Source: an uncultured Actinomycetes bacterium (GTDB lineage Bacteria > Actinomycetota > Thermoleophilia > Solirubrobacterales > 70-9). Taken from it: DNA of 64,000 nucleotides. Under the pieces are notes generated by a model. It searched no databases and had not been told where the DNA came from. It saw nothing but the letters and a program-made list of their open reading frames with translations. How positions within the stretch are numbered: the stretch's first letter is position 1; every line of letters begins with the position of its first letter. A program made the translations under genes and the position numbers. Where the stretch lies: assembly GCA_963715475.1 (NCBI GenBank), contig OY970241.1, forward strand, positions 1,827,309-1,891,308. Reading direction: 5' to 3'. This document shows, piece after piece, positions 48,624 through 58,238 of this stretch.

Positions 48624-49112
48624 GTGGCAAATTTCCGCATCTGGGCGCCCTGGCGCCTCGCCTACGTGAAGGACGCGTCCAAGGACATCGAGGAGGAGTG
48701 CATCTTCTGCGCCAAGCCGGCGGCGGACGACGACGAGGCGAACCTGATCGTCCACCGCGGCGAGCGCAGCTTCGTGATCCTCAACCTCTTCCCCTACACC
48801 AACGGGCACCTGATGGTGGCGCCGTACGACCACGTCGGCCGCCTGCAGGAGATCCCGGCCGAGACGCTGGCGGAGATGATGGCGCTGGCCCAGCGGGCGA
48901 TGGAGCGGCTGGAGTCCGTCTACCAGCCGCACGGCTACAACGTCGGCTTCAACCAGGGCCGGGTCGCCGGGGCCGGGGTCGAGCACCACATCCACATGCA
49001 CGTCGTCCCCCGCTGGGCGGGCGACAACAACTTCATGCCGGTGATCGCCGACACCAAAGTGATGCCGCAATCGATCGAGCAGAGCTACGAGGCTCTGAAA
49101 GGAGCGTTTTGA
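48624..49112 (+). CDS. HIT-family nucleotide hydrolase/phosphorylase (Ap4A phosphorylase-like)
   Basis: Histidine triad HHIHMHVVPR, and CIFC near the N-terminus. Confidence 0.8.
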   Translation: MANFRIWAPWRLAYVKDASKDIEEECIFCAKPAADDDEANLIVHRGERSFVILNLFPYTNGHLMVAPYDHVGRLQEIPAETLAEMMALAQRAMERLESVYQPHGYNVGFNQGRVAGAGVEHHIHMHVVPRWAGDNNFMPVIADTKVMPQSIEQSYEALKGAF

Positions 49113-50491
49113 ACGACCAGTCGACCCTGGCGCCGCCGGGCATCTTCAAGGCCTATGACATCCGCGGGCTCCACGGCAGCGAGATGGACGAGACCACGGC
49201 GGCGGCGATCGGCCGCGCCTTCGCCCGGGTGCTGGCGCGGCTGCGGGGCAAGCAGCCGGGCGAGCTGCAGGTCGGCCTCGGCCGCGACATGCGGCTGACC
49301 GCGCCGGCGATGGCGGCCGCGGTCCGCGACGGGCTGATCGCCGAGGGCGCGACCGTGCTCGACGCCGGCGAGGTCGCGACCGAGATGCTCTACCACCTGG
49401 TCGGCTCGCGCCGGCTCGACGGCGGCGCGATGGTCACCGCCTCGCACAACCCCAAGGCCTACACCGGCGTCAAGCTGGTCCGCGAGGGGGCGCTGCCGCT
49501 CTCCGGCGACGCCGGGATCGGCGACGTCAGGGCCGAGATCGAAGCCGGGCTCGGCGAGGCCCCCGGCGGCGGCTCGGCCGAAGAGGTCGACGTCTGGGGG
49601 GAATTCCAGGCCCACGCGCTCTCCTTCATCGACCCGGCGAACGTGAAACCGATGAAGGTCGTCGTCGACGGCGGCAACGGGATGGGCGGGCCGATGGTCG
49701 GGCCGATCCTGGAGAAGCTGCCGCTGGAGCTGGAGGAGATGTACTTCGTGCCCGACGGCGAATTCCCCGACCACGAGCCGAACCCGCTGCTGGAGGAGAA
49801 CCGGCGGCTGATCATCGACCGGGTCAAGTCGAGCGGCGCCGACCTGGGGATCGCCTGGGACGGCGACGCCGACCGCTGCTTCTTCATCGACGGCGAGGGC
49901 GCCTTCTGCGACGGCGACTTCATCTGCGCCCTGCTGGCCCGCTCGGTCCTGCAGAAGAACCCCGGCGCGACGATCCTCTACGACCCCCGCTCGAGCCGGG
50001 CGGTGCCGGACCTGGTCGCCGCCGAGGGCGGCCGCTCCGCCCTCTCCCGGGTCGGCCACGCCTTCTTCAAGGCACGGATGCGCGAGGAGGATGCGGCCTT
50101 CGGCGGCGAGGTCTCCGGCCACTACTACTTCCGCGACTTCTGGAACGCCGACTCGGGGACGATCCCGGCGCTGCTGGTCCTGGAGCTGCTCTCGCTCGAC
50201 GGCCGCTCGCTGGCCGAGCTGATGGAGGAGTTCCGCTCGCGCTACTTCATCTCCGGCGAGATCAACTCCGAGGTGGCCGACCAGGCGGCGAAGATCGAGG
50301 AGATCGCCGCGCGCTACGGCGACGGCGAGATCGCCCGCCTCGACGGGATCTCGGTCGACTACCCGGACTGGCACTTCAACGTGCGCCCCTCCAACACCGA
50401 GCCGCTGCTGCGGCTGAACCTCGAGTCGCTGATCTCGCGCGAGGACATGGAGCGGCGCCGCGACGAGATCCTCGCCCTGATCCGCTCGTGA
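49109..50491 (+). CDS. phosphomannomutase / phosphoglucomutase
   Basis: TTG 49109 is preceded by AAAGGAG and overlaps the HIT stop. Has KAYDIRG, phosphoserine loop TASHNP, metal loop AWDGDADR and GEVSGH. The track start at 48698 is a shadow extension. Confidence 0.9.
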   Translation: MNDQSTLAPPGIFKAYDIRGLHGSEMDETTAAAIGRAFARVLARLRGKQPGELQVGLGRDMRLTAPAMAAAVRDGLIAEGATVLDAGEVATEMLYHLVGSRRLDGGAMVTASHNPKAYTGVKLVREGALPLSGDAGIGDVRAEIEAGLGEAPGGGSAEEVDVWGEFQAHALSFIDPANVKPMKVVVDGGNGMGGPMVGPILEKLPLELEEMYFVPDGEFPDHEPNPLLEENRRLIIDRVKSSGADLGIAWDGDADRCFFIDGEGAFCDGDFICALLARSVLQKNPGATILYDPRSSRAVPDLVAAEGGRSALSRVGHAFFKARMREEDAAFGGEVSGHYYFRDFWNADSGTIPALLVLELLSLDGRSLAELMEEFRSRYFISGEINSEVADQAAKIEEIAARYGDGEIARLDGISVDYPDWHFNVRPSNTEPLLRLNLESLISREDMERRRDEILALIRS

Positions 50492-51489
50492 CGGCGACGC
50501 CGGAGCAGGCGCTGGAGCAGGCGGCGCTGGCCGGCATCCACCGCTTCGCGATCCCGACCCCGTTCGCGGTCGGGCGGGTCAACTGCTACCTGATCGAGGA
50601 CGAGCCGCTGACTCTGGTCGACACCGGCCCGAACTCCGGCAAGGCGCTCGACGAGCTGACCGCGCGGCTGGCCGAGCGCGGACACCAGCTCGCCGACCTC
50701 GAGCTGATCGTCGTCACCCACCAGCACATCGACCACCTCGGCCTGGTCGAGATCCTGGTCGAGCATTCGGGCGCCGAGGTGGCGGCGCTGGGCGCGGCGG
50801 CCGACCGGCTCGCCGCCTTCGACGAGGACGCCGAGCTGGACGACCGCTTCGCGGTCGAGGTGATGCTGCGCAACGGCATCCCCGAGGACGTGACCACGGC
50901 GCTGCGCAGCGTCTCGCGGAGCTTCCGCGCCTGGGGCTCGCGGGTGACCGTGACCCGGCCGCTGCGGGACGGCGGCACGCTGGCGCTGGGCGACCGGCGG
51001 CTGCAGGTCCTGCACCGGCCCGGCCACAGCCCCTCGGACACGATCTTCTGGGACGAGGAGCGGCGGATCCTGCTCGCCGCCGACCACCTGCTGCCGAAGA
51101 TCTCCTCCAACCCGCTGATCGCCCGCCCGCTCGACGGCTCCTCGCAGCGGACCCAGGCGCTCGTCGCCTACATCGAGTCGCTGCGCAGGACGCGGGAGAT
51201 GCCGGCCGAGATCGTCCTCCCCGGCCACGGCGAGCCGGTCACCGACCACGCCCGGCTGATCGACTCGCGGCTGGCCGGCTACGACCGACGCAAAGAGAAG
51301 ATCCACCACCTGATCGCCGAGCGCCCCCGCAACGCCTACGAGCTGGCACAGGCGATCTGGGGCAACGTCGCGGTGACCCAGGCCTTCCTTACGCTCTCCG
51401 AGGTGATCGGCCACGCCGACCTCCTGGTCAACGAAGGGCGCGTGCGCGAAGCCGACGAGGGCGACGTGATCCGCTACGAAACGACCTAG
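50488..51489 (+). CDS. MBL-fold metallo-hydrolase
   Basis: VVTHQHIDHLG motif. The GTG start overlaps the pmm stop (GTGA). Confidence 0.8.
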   Translation: MTATPEQALEQAALAGIHRFAIPTPFAVGRVNCYLIEDEPLTLVDTGPNSGKALDELTARLAERGHQLADLELIVVTHQHIDHLGLVEILVEHSGAEVAALGAAADRLAAFDEDAELDDRFAVEVMLRNGIPEDVTTALRSVSRSFRAWGSRVTVTRPLRDGGTLALGDRRLQVLHRPGHSPSDTIFWDEERRILLAADHLLPKISSNPLIARPLDGSSQRTQALVAYIESLRRTREMPAEIVLPGHGEPVTDHARLIDSRLAGYDRRKEKIHHLIAERPRNAYELAQAIWGNVAVTQAFLTLSEVIGHADLLVNEGRVREADEGDVIRYETT

Positions 51490-51527
51490 TGTCGAGTTAG
51501 TGGCCACATGGACCACTAACTCGACAC
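51489..51527. repeat. REP-like palindrome, family A copy 2
   Basis: GTGTCGAGTTAGTGGCC-ACATG-GACCACTAACTCGACAC lies between the convergent MBL (its TAG stop overlaps the first base) and crcB stops. Confidence 0.65.
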
Positions 51528-51530
51528 GGT

Positions 51531-51896
51531 TCAGAGCCGCGTGCCGATCGCGTGGCCCAGGGCGGCGGCGGCGAGGCCGAAGACGACGCTGAGGACGAGG
51601 TTGGCGACCGCGATCCGGCGTCTGCCCGCCTCCTCGATCCGCTGGGTCTCGACCATCCAGGTGGAGAAGGTCGTGTAGCCGCCGAGCGCACCGGCGCCGA
51701 GGACGAGGCGCGCGTCGCCGCCGAGGGCGCCGCCGGCCAGCAGGCCGAGCAGGAAGGCGCCGCTGAGGTTGACCAGGAGCGTCCCCACCGGCAGATGCGG
51801 ATGGAGGCGGTCGGCGACGAGCAGGGTGAGGCCGAAGCGGGCCAGCGCCCCGCAGCCGCCGAGGACGGCGATCCCGACCCAGACCGGCCAGCTCAC
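51531..51896 (-). CDS. crcB: fluoride channel CrcB/Fluc subunit
   Basis: Starts at GTG 51896 (VSWPVWVGIAVLGG...), a GTGA overlap with the upstream crcB. Has LVNLSGAFLLG and GGYTTFSTW motifs. Confidence 0.85.
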   Translation of the reverse strand: MSWPVWVGIAVLGGCGALARFGLTLLVADRLHPHLPVGTLLVNLSGAFLLGLLAGGALGGDARLVLGAGALGGYTTFSTWMVETQRIEEAGRRRIAVANLVLSVVFGLAAAALGHAIGTRL

Positions 51897-52270
51897 GCGA
51901 CCTCCGCCCGCCGCGCCAGCGCGGTCGCCACCTGCGCCCCGGCCAGGCCGGCGGCGAGGCTGGCGGCGAGGTAGGCGCAGGCCAGCCCGATCCGGCCCGC
52001 TTCGATCATCTCCACCAGCTCCACCTGGACCGTCGAGAAGGTCGTCAGCGCCCCGCAGAACCCGGTGGTCAGCAGCGGCCGCCGGTACTGCGTGTGGGGC
52101 AGCACCGAGAACCAGTAGCCGAGCAGGGCGGCGCCGAGGACGTTGACCAGGAACGTCGCCCAGGGCCACCCCACCCCCGGGTCCGGCAGCGCTTCCGCGA
52201 CCCCCGCCCGCACCAGCGCCCCGAGCGCGCCGCCGAGAAAGATCGCGCTCAGCTCCCGTCGGTCGACCAT
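51893..52270 (-). CDS. crcB: fluoride channel CrcB/Fluc subunit
   Basis: FLVNVLGAALLG and GFCGALTTFST motifs. Paired with the downstream paralogue (heterodimer arrangement). Confidence 0.85.
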   Translation of the reverse strand: MVDRRELSAIFLGGALGALVRAGVAEALPDPGVGWPWATFLVNVLGAALLGYWFSVLPHTQYRRPLLTTGFCGALTTFSTVQVELVEMIEAGRIGLACAYLAASLAAGLAGAQVATALARRAEVA

Positions 52271-52316
52271 CCGCGGCAGCCTAGGCGAAGCGCTGCGCCA
52301 TTAGGCTCCAGCGTCC

Positions 52317-53300
52317 GTGTCCGCCCAACTGCGCCCACACCTGCGCCGCCGCAAGCCGGCGAAGAAGCGGATGCTGCTGATCGTCAATCCCTACGCGACG
52401 ACGGTCTCCGACCGGCTGAAAAACCTGGTGGTGTACGCGCTGCAGGGGCGCTTCGACGTCGAAGCGGTGGCGACTCAGGCCCAGAACCACGCGACCGAGA
52501 TCGGGCGCGAGGCGCTCGACGGGGGCTACGACGTGGTCGTCGCTTTCGGCGGCGACGGGACGCTGAACGAGGTCGTCAACGGGGTTGCGAAAACGGACCT
52601 GCCGGTGGCGATCCTGCCGGGGGGCTCGACCAACGTGGTGGCCCGGACGCTGGGGATGCCCAACGACGTGGTGGACGCGACCGAGCACCTGCTCTCGCTC
52701 GCGGACGACTGGCAGCCGCGACGGATCGACCTCGGCAAGGTCGACGAGCGCTACTTCGTCTTCGCCTGCGGGGCGGGGATCGACGCCACCGTGGTCAAGC
52801 GGGTCGACCGCAACCCGACGATGAAGGGGAACGCCGGCCCGTACTACTACTCGTGGGCGGGGATCTCCAGCTTCTACCGCAAGTACCTGCTCAACCCGGT
52901 GCGGATGCGGACCGCTGTCGAGGGCCGCGAGCCGATCGAGGGGGTCACCACCGTGGTCCAGAACTCCGACCCCTTCACCTACTTCGCCAGCCGGCCGATC
53001 CGCGTCTGCGAGGGGATCGCGATCGACGACGGCACCCTCGCCCTCGCGGTGCTCAAGCGCGCCGCCCAGCGCGACATGCCGACCCTGATCAACCGCCTCT
53101 TCAGCGAGACCCGCCCGGCGGCGCGCCACAAGCAGATCGCCCACTTCGACCGGGTCGAGCACGCCGTGGTCGAGACGATCTCCAAAGACAGGAACGGCAA
53201 GGTCCGGCCGCTGCCGCTGCAGGTGGACGGGGATTACATCGGCGAGCGGGATCGGATCGAGCTGCGGGCGGTGCCCGGGGCGCTGACCGTGGTCGCTTGA
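52317..53300 (+). CDS. diacylglycerol kinase-family lipid kinase (DagK/YegS-like)
   Basis: LLIVNPYA...VVAFGGDGTLNEVVNG. The start could be ATG 52371. Confidence 0.85.
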   Translation: MSAQLRPHLRRRKPAKKRMLLIVNPYATTVSDRLKNLVVYALQGRFDVEAVATQAQNHATEIGREALDGGYDVVVAFGGDGTLNEVVNGVAKTDLPVAILPGGSTNVVARTLGMPNDVVDATEHLLSLADDWQPRRIDLGKVDERYFVFACGAGIDATVVKRVDRNPTMKGNAGPYYYSWAGISSFYRKYLLNPVRMRTAVEGREPIEGVTTVVQNSDPFTYFASRPIRVCEGIAIDDGTLALAVLKRAAQRDMPTLINRLFSETRPAARHKQIAHFDRVEHAVVETISKDRNGKVRPLPLQVDGDYIGERDRIELRAVPGALTVVA

Positions 53301-53374
53301 CGGTGCTTGCTTGAAGGTGGTCGGGGAAGAAGGGGAACCCTCGCAGCACCTCCGGATTCCCCCCTTCCCCTGAT

Positions 53375-54385
53375 CTAATCCAAGAGGCCCTTTTGGCGCG
53401 CCCCGGCTACGGTTTGGCGCAGCGTCTCCTGGGCAGAGAAGGTGGGGGTCCAGGCCAGGTCGCGGCGGGCCTTGGTCGTGTCCATCAGGACGGGGGTATC
53501 GGCGGCTATCGCCCACTCGAGCTTCGGGGAAGCGAAGCTGAGGCGGCGGGCGGCGGCGGTGCCGAGGGAGACGGCCGGGCGGGGGACGGGGATCCAGCGC
53601 CAGCCCAGGGCGGCGGCGACGTCGCGGACGCGGACCTCGCCCGCGCCGGCGAGGTTGTAGGCGCCGGGCGGGCCGTCGCCGCAGATCGCCGCCGCCATCG
53701 CCCGGGCGACGTCGTCGTGGTGGACGAGCTGGATCGGGACGCCGGGGTCGGGCAGGACCGGCTTCACCAGCGGCAGCCTCTCGACGCCGCGGCGCAGCAG
53801 CGGCACCGGGTCGCCGGCCCGCACCGCGTCGACGGTCTGCTCGATCAGCATCGTCGCCCGCGGCCCGGCGACGATGCAGGGGCGGAAGACGTACGCCTCG
53901 ACCTCGGACTCGGCGAGCAGCTCGTCGAGCAGCTCCTCCAGCTCGGCCTTCTGGCGCGAGTAGTAGAAGCCCTCGCTGCCGCGCGCCGGCACCTCCTCCC
54001 CCAGCGGCTGCGGGTTCTCGGGGTGGAAGCCGTAGGCGGCCACCGAGGAGGCGTAGACCAGCCGCTTCACCCCCGCCCTGATCGCCACCTCGAAGACGTT
54101 CCGCGTCCCCTCCAGGTTGATCCGGCGCGTCTCCTCTCGCCCGCCGAAGATCGCGAAGGCCAGGTGGACCGCCACGTCGGCCCCGTCGAACAGAGCCGCC
54201 AGAGCCCCCCGATCGAGAATGTCCCCCCGCCGGTAGGACGCCTTCGCCCACCCCTCCGCCGCCGGATCGAACTCGCGCCGAGCCATCCCCACGACCGAGG
54301 AGACCTCCTCCCTCCTCTCCAACTCGGCCATCAACGGCTTCCCAATCTCCCCCGTAGGCCCCGTAACCGCAACGTTCAAAGTCAT
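53375..54385 (-). CDS. NAD-dependent epimerase/dehydratase-family protein (SDR)
   Basis: Starts MTLNVAVTGPTGEIGKPL (ATG 54385). YSRQK catalytic motif. Confidence 0.8.
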   Translation of the reverse strand: MTLNVAVTGPTGEIGKPLMAELERREEVSSVVGMARREFDPAAEGWAKASYRRGDILDRGALAALFDGADVAVHLAFAIFGGREETRRINLEGTRNVFEVAIRAGVKRLVYASSVAAYGFHPENPQPLGEEVPARGSEGFYYSRQKAELEELLDELLAESEVEAYVFRPCIVAGPRATMLIEQTVDAVRAGDPVPLLRRGVERLPLVKPVLPDPGVPIQLVHHDDVARAMAAAICGDGPPGAYNLAGAGEVRVRDVAAALGWRWIPVPRPAVSLGTAAARRLSFASPKLEWAIAADTPVLMDTTKARRDLAWTPTFSAQETLRQTVAGARQKGLLD

Positions 54386-54439
54386 GTCACCGGATTCTGC
54401 CTGAGGCGGGAGAACCAAGCATGGCAAGGACGCAGTGAG

Positions 54440-55960
54440 CGCCGCGTGCTCCGCACGGAAGCGAGCGAGGACGCGGCCAGGCGCCGGTTATCTCGTCTCA
54501 GGCGCCGGACACTCTGTGAGTCTCGGCACCGATATGAAGATGTCGGTGCCGATGTGGGTGCCTGACCCGGACGCAGACCCCGCGGGGTCTGCGTCCGGGG
54601 TCGCGGCCAGGCTGGGCACCGGCGGTGAGCGGCATGACCCGAAGACACTCCGACCCCCTCGCCGAGGGGCGTCCTGCGATTGATGCGTCTGCCGCTCGCC
54701 GCCGGTGCCGGCCCGGCCACCGCCACTGGCCTGATCAGAAGCCCGTCCGCCCTGCGGGGCGTGACCCGTCACAGTCTTGCCGAGCGGTTCCTCACCCGGG
54801 CCGGCGACCGACAGCCAACCCCCTCGAAGGAGGTCTCCGCAAGATGCTCGCAGACGAAGTCGACAACGTGATCGGGGTGGACACCCATCGCGACACCAAC
54901 ACCGCCCAGGCCGTGGCCGCCGGGACCGGCGCGATCGGCCCCCACACGACCACCGATGCCGACGCGCGCGGCTACCGGCGCATGCTCGCCTTCGCCGAGG
55001 AGCACGCGCCCGGGCGGCGGGTCTGGGCGATCGAGTCGACCGGCAGCTACGGGGCCGGCCTCACCGCCTACCTGCACGAACGGGGAGAGCGGGTGGTCGA
55101 GATCGACCGGCCGAAGCGCCCGGCGCGGCGCAACGGGGCGAAGTCCGACGAGCTCGACGCGCTGCGGGCCGCGCGCGAGGCCCTGGGGCGCAGGCACCTG
55201 ACCGAGCCGCGCCGCCGCGGCGAGCGGGAGGCGATCCGCGTCGCCCTGCGGACCCGCCAGGGGGCGGTCCGGGCCCACGCGGTCGCGATCGCCCAGTTGC
55301 AGTCGCTGCTCGTCACCGCGCCGGAGAGCCTGCGCTCCTCGCTGCGGCGATCGGGCGGCAAGGAGCTGGTCGGCCGCTGCGGGCGGCTGCGCATCGGCGC
55401 CTCGCACCCGGTCGAGCACCGGATGACGGTGCTGGCGCTGCGCTCGACGGCGCGGCGCGCCCTCGCCCTGGAGACCGAGGCCGCCGAGCTCGAGGCAGAG
55501 CTCCGCTGCCTCCTGGAGGCGCTCTGCCCCCGCCTGCTCGCCGAGCCGGGCGTAGGGACGATCTCGGCCGCGGAGCTGGTCAACGCCTGGTCTCACCGGG
55601 GGCGGGTCCGCTCCGAGGCGGCCTTCGCGATGCTCGCCGGCGCCGCGCCGATCCCCGCCTCCTCGGGGCAGACCGTCCGCCACCGACTCAACCGCTGCGG
55701 CGACCGCAGGCTCAACCGCGCCCTGCACACGATCACCACCTCGCGCCTCAGCCACGATCCCCGCACCCGCGCCTACGCGCAGCGTCGCCGGGAAGAGGGA
55801 AAGACCCCGCGGGAGATCAGGCGCTGCCTGAAGCGCTACGTGGCGCGGCAGCTGTTCAGGCTGCTGGAGGCAGAGGCGAGGAGGGCCTGAGGACCTCCCG
55901 CTCGATCTTCGCTACGAGCGGGACTTGACAAACATAGAAGCATCAACCGCGAGCCATTGG
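54440..55960 (+). mobile_element. IS110-family insertion sequence (boundaries approximate)
   Basis: Contains the transposase plus ~400 nt of non-coding 5' sequence with a perfect 34-bp palindrome (54566-54599), and a 3' flank with a hairpin (55899-55921) and TTGACA (55925-55930). IS110 elements lack classical inverted repeats, so I cannot fix the ends. Confidence 0.35.
54844..55890 (+). CDS. IS110-family transposase (DEDD)
   Basis: ATG 54844 is preceded by AGGAGG. N-terminal IGVDTHRD...WAIESTGSYG (DEDD/RuvC-like) and a C-terminal helix-hairpin-helix-type region (EPGVGTISAAELV...SGQT..HRLNRCGDRRLNRAL). Confidence 0.85.
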   Translation: MLADEVDNVIGVDTHRDTNTAQAVAAGTGAIGPHTTTDADARGYRRMLAFAEEHAPGRRVWAIESTGSYGAGLTAYLHERGERVVEIDRPKRPARRNGAKSDELDALRAAREALGRRHLTEPRRRGEREAIRVALRTRQGAVRAHAVAIAQLQSLLVTAPESLRSSLRRSGGKELVGRCGRLRIGASHPVEHRMTVLALRSTARRALALETEAAELEAELRCLLEALCPRLLAEPGVGTISAAELVNAWSHRGRVRSEAAFAMLAGAAPIPASSGQTVRHRLNRCGDRRLNRALHTITTSRLSHDPRTRAYAQRRREEGKTPREIRRCLKRYVARQLFRLLEAEARRA

Positions 55961-56004
55961 CGAGCGGTGTCCGCCGAGGGAGGTCACACCCCGGCCCCCA
56001 CCTC

Positions 56005-58206
56005 TCAAGCAGCCGGCGTAATCCGATAAGCGTCGAACACCGACTCGACGTTCCGAAGCCGGCTGATGCAGCTTTTCAACTGCTCGGTATCCCCCACCTC
56101 GACCACGAAGCGGTTTTTCACCATCGGGTGGTTGGTCGTGCAGGAGGCGCCGATGATGTTGATCCCGACCTCCGAGAAGGTGCGCGAGAGGTCCTCGAGC
56201 AGGCGGGTGCGGTCGTAGGCGTCGATCTGCAGCTCGACCCGGTAGGCGGCCTCGTTGTCGCCGCGCCAGGAGACGTCGACGAAGCGCTCGGAGGCTCGTT
56301 TCAGCGCCTTGACGTTCTTACAGTCGGCGCGGTGGATGGTGATCCCGCGGCCGAGCGAGACGTAGCCCTCGATCTCGTCGCCGGGCACCGGCCGGCAGCA
56401 CTTCGCCAGCCGCACGGCGACGTTCTCCACGCCCTTGACGGTGATCCCGTAGTTGGAGGCGTCCTTGGTGCGGCGGGCGCGGTCCTCGCGGCCGGGCTGG
56501 GCGGCCTCGGCGACGTCCTCGACCCCGTCCCCCGCTCTCAGCCGCTGCATCAGCTTGTTGGCGGCGGTCTTGGCCGAGACCTTGCCCTGGCCGAGGGCGA
56601 TGTAGAAGTCGGTCGCTTTGCGGAAGCCCATCTCGCGGATCACGTCGGCGAGCAGGGCCGAGCCGGAGACCTTCTGCATCGGGATGCCGCGCGTGCGCAG
56701 CGCTTCCTCGAGGCTCTCGCGGCCGTCGCGCTCGGCGTCCTCGCGCCGCTCCTCTTTGAACCAGGAGCGGATCTTGTTGCGGGCGCGGTTGGTCCGCACC
56801 AGCTTCAGCCAGTCGAGCGAGGGGCCCCGCTTCTGCTTCGCGGTCAGCACCTCGACGATGTCGCCGGAGCGCAGCTGGTAGTGCAGCGGCACGATCGAGC
56901 CGTTGACCTTGGCGCCGACGCAGCTGTGGCCGACGTCGGTGTGGACGGCGTAGGCGAAGTCGAGCGGGGTCGAGCCGGCGGAGAGGTTCTTCACCTCGCC
57001 CTTCGGGGTGAAGACGAAGACCTCGTCCTCGAAGAGGTCGACCTTGAGCGATTCGAGGAACTCGGTCGGGTCCTGTTCGCCCTCGGCCTCGACAAGCTGC
57101 CGCAGCCAGGTCATCTTTTCCCGCTTCGGGTCGCCGCCGGCGCCCTCTTTGTAGGCGACGTGGGCGGCGATCCCGTACTCGGCGAGCTTGTGCATCTCCT
57201 CGGTGCGGATCTGGATCTCCAGCGGCTTGCCCTCGGGGCCGATCACCGTCGTGTGCAGCGCCTGGTACATGTTGGCCTTCGGCATCGCGACGAAGTCCTT
57301 GAAGCGGCCCGGCAGCGGCTTCCAGAGCGAGTGGATGACGCCGATCGCCCCGTAGCAGTCCTTGACCGAGCCGACGATCACCCGCATCGCGGTCAGGTCG
57401 AAGATCTCGTTGAACTCGCGGCCCTTCTTCGCCATCTTCGTGTAGATCGAGTAGAAGTGCTTGGCGCGGCCGGAGATCTCCGCCTCGATCCCGACCTGCT
57501 CGAGCTCGCGGGCGAGGAACTCGCCCGCCTCGGCGACGAACTTCTCGCGCTCGTCGCGCTGCTGGGCGACCAGCTGTTTGATTTCTCTGTACTTGCGCGG
57601 GTGCAGGGTCGCGAAGGCGAGGTCCTCCAGCTCCCATTTGATCGCGTGGATCCCCAGCCGGTGGGCCAGCGGCGCGTAGATCTCCAGCGTCTCGTGCGAC
57701 TTCAGCGTCTGCTTCTGCTTCGGCAGGGCGCCGAGGGTGCGCATGTTGTGGAGGCGGTCGGCCAGCTTGATCAGGATCACCCTGACGTCGGTGGCCATCG
57801 CCACCATCATCTTCCGGTAGTTCTCGGCCTGCCGCTCGTCGCGGCTCTCGAAGGTGATCCCGGTCAGCTTCGTCACCCCGTCCACGAGCTGGGCGACCTC
57901 GGGGCCGAATTCGGCCCGGATCTCCTCCAGGCTCGCGGTCGTGTCCTCGACGGTGTCGTGGAGCAGGGCGGCGCAGAGGGTCTCGGTGTCGAGCCGCATC
58001 CCGGCGCAGATCTGGGCGACCCCGACCGGGTGGGTGATGAACTCGTCGCCGGAGTGGCGGCGCTGGTCGGCATGGCGCTCGCAGGCGAAATCGAAGGCCT
58101 GCTCGACCCTGGCGCGGTCGACCGTCGCCACCGCGACCGCGGTCGCGGCCGGGTGGCCGTCGCCGTTCCCGTCCGCGACCGCGGCGGAGTCGAACTCCTC
58201 GATCAC
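56005..58206 (-). CDS. relA: bifunctional (p)ppGpp synthetase/hydrolase RelA/SpoT homologue
   Basis: HD hydrolase motif (HDTVEDT), synthetase motif (RFKDFVAMPKANMYQALHTTV), TGS and ACT domains. The start is uncertain: GTG 58206 is the first canonical start downstream of the recJ stop, and the track start at 58548 overlaps recJ. Confidence 0.85.
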   Translation of the reverse strand: MIEEFDSAAVADGNGDGHPAATAVAVATVDRARVEQAFDFACERHADQRRHSGDEFITHPVGVAQICAGMRLDTETLCAALLHDTVEDTTASLEEIRAEFGPEVAQLVDGVTKLTGITFESRDERQAENYRKMMVAMATDVRVILIKLADRLHNMRTLGALPKQKQTLKSHETLEIYAPLAHRLGIHAIKWELEDLAFATLHPRKYREIKQLVAQQRDEREKFVAEAGEFLARELEQVGIEAEISGRAKHFYSIYTKMAKKGREFNEIFDLTAMRVIVGSVKDCYGAIGVIHSLWKPLPGRFKDFVAMPKANMYQALHTTVIGPEGKPLEIQIRTEEMHKLAEYGIAAHVAYKEGAGGDPKREKMTWLRQLVEAEGEQDPTEFLESLKVDLFEDEVFVFTPKGEVKNLSAGSTPLDFAYAVHTDVGHSCVGAKVNGSIVPLHYQLRSGDIVEVLTAKQKRGPSLDWLKLVRTNRARNKIRSWFKEERREDAERDGRESLEEALRTRGIPMQKVSGSALLADVIREMGFRKATDFYIALGQGKVSAKTAANKLMQRLRAGDGVEDVAEAAQPGREDRARRTKDASNYGITVKGVENVAVRLAKCCRPVPGDEIEGYVSLGRGITIHRADCKNVKALKRASERFVDVSWRGDNEAAYRVELQIDAYDRTRLLEDLSRTFSEVGINIIGASCTTNHPMVKNRFVVEVGDTEQLKSCISRLRNVESVFDAYRITPAA

Positions 58207-58238
58207 GGCGAACAGGTCGCCGAGGAGCTCCTTGCGGG

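Noticed and set aside
52271-52316. Possible fluoride riboswitch upstream of the crcB pair.
   Set aside because: Only 46 nt are available. The sequence GGAGCCUAAUGGCGCAGCGCUUCGCCUAGGCUGCC does not fit the conserved crcB-motif core as I remember it. It needs a covariance-model scan to be certain.
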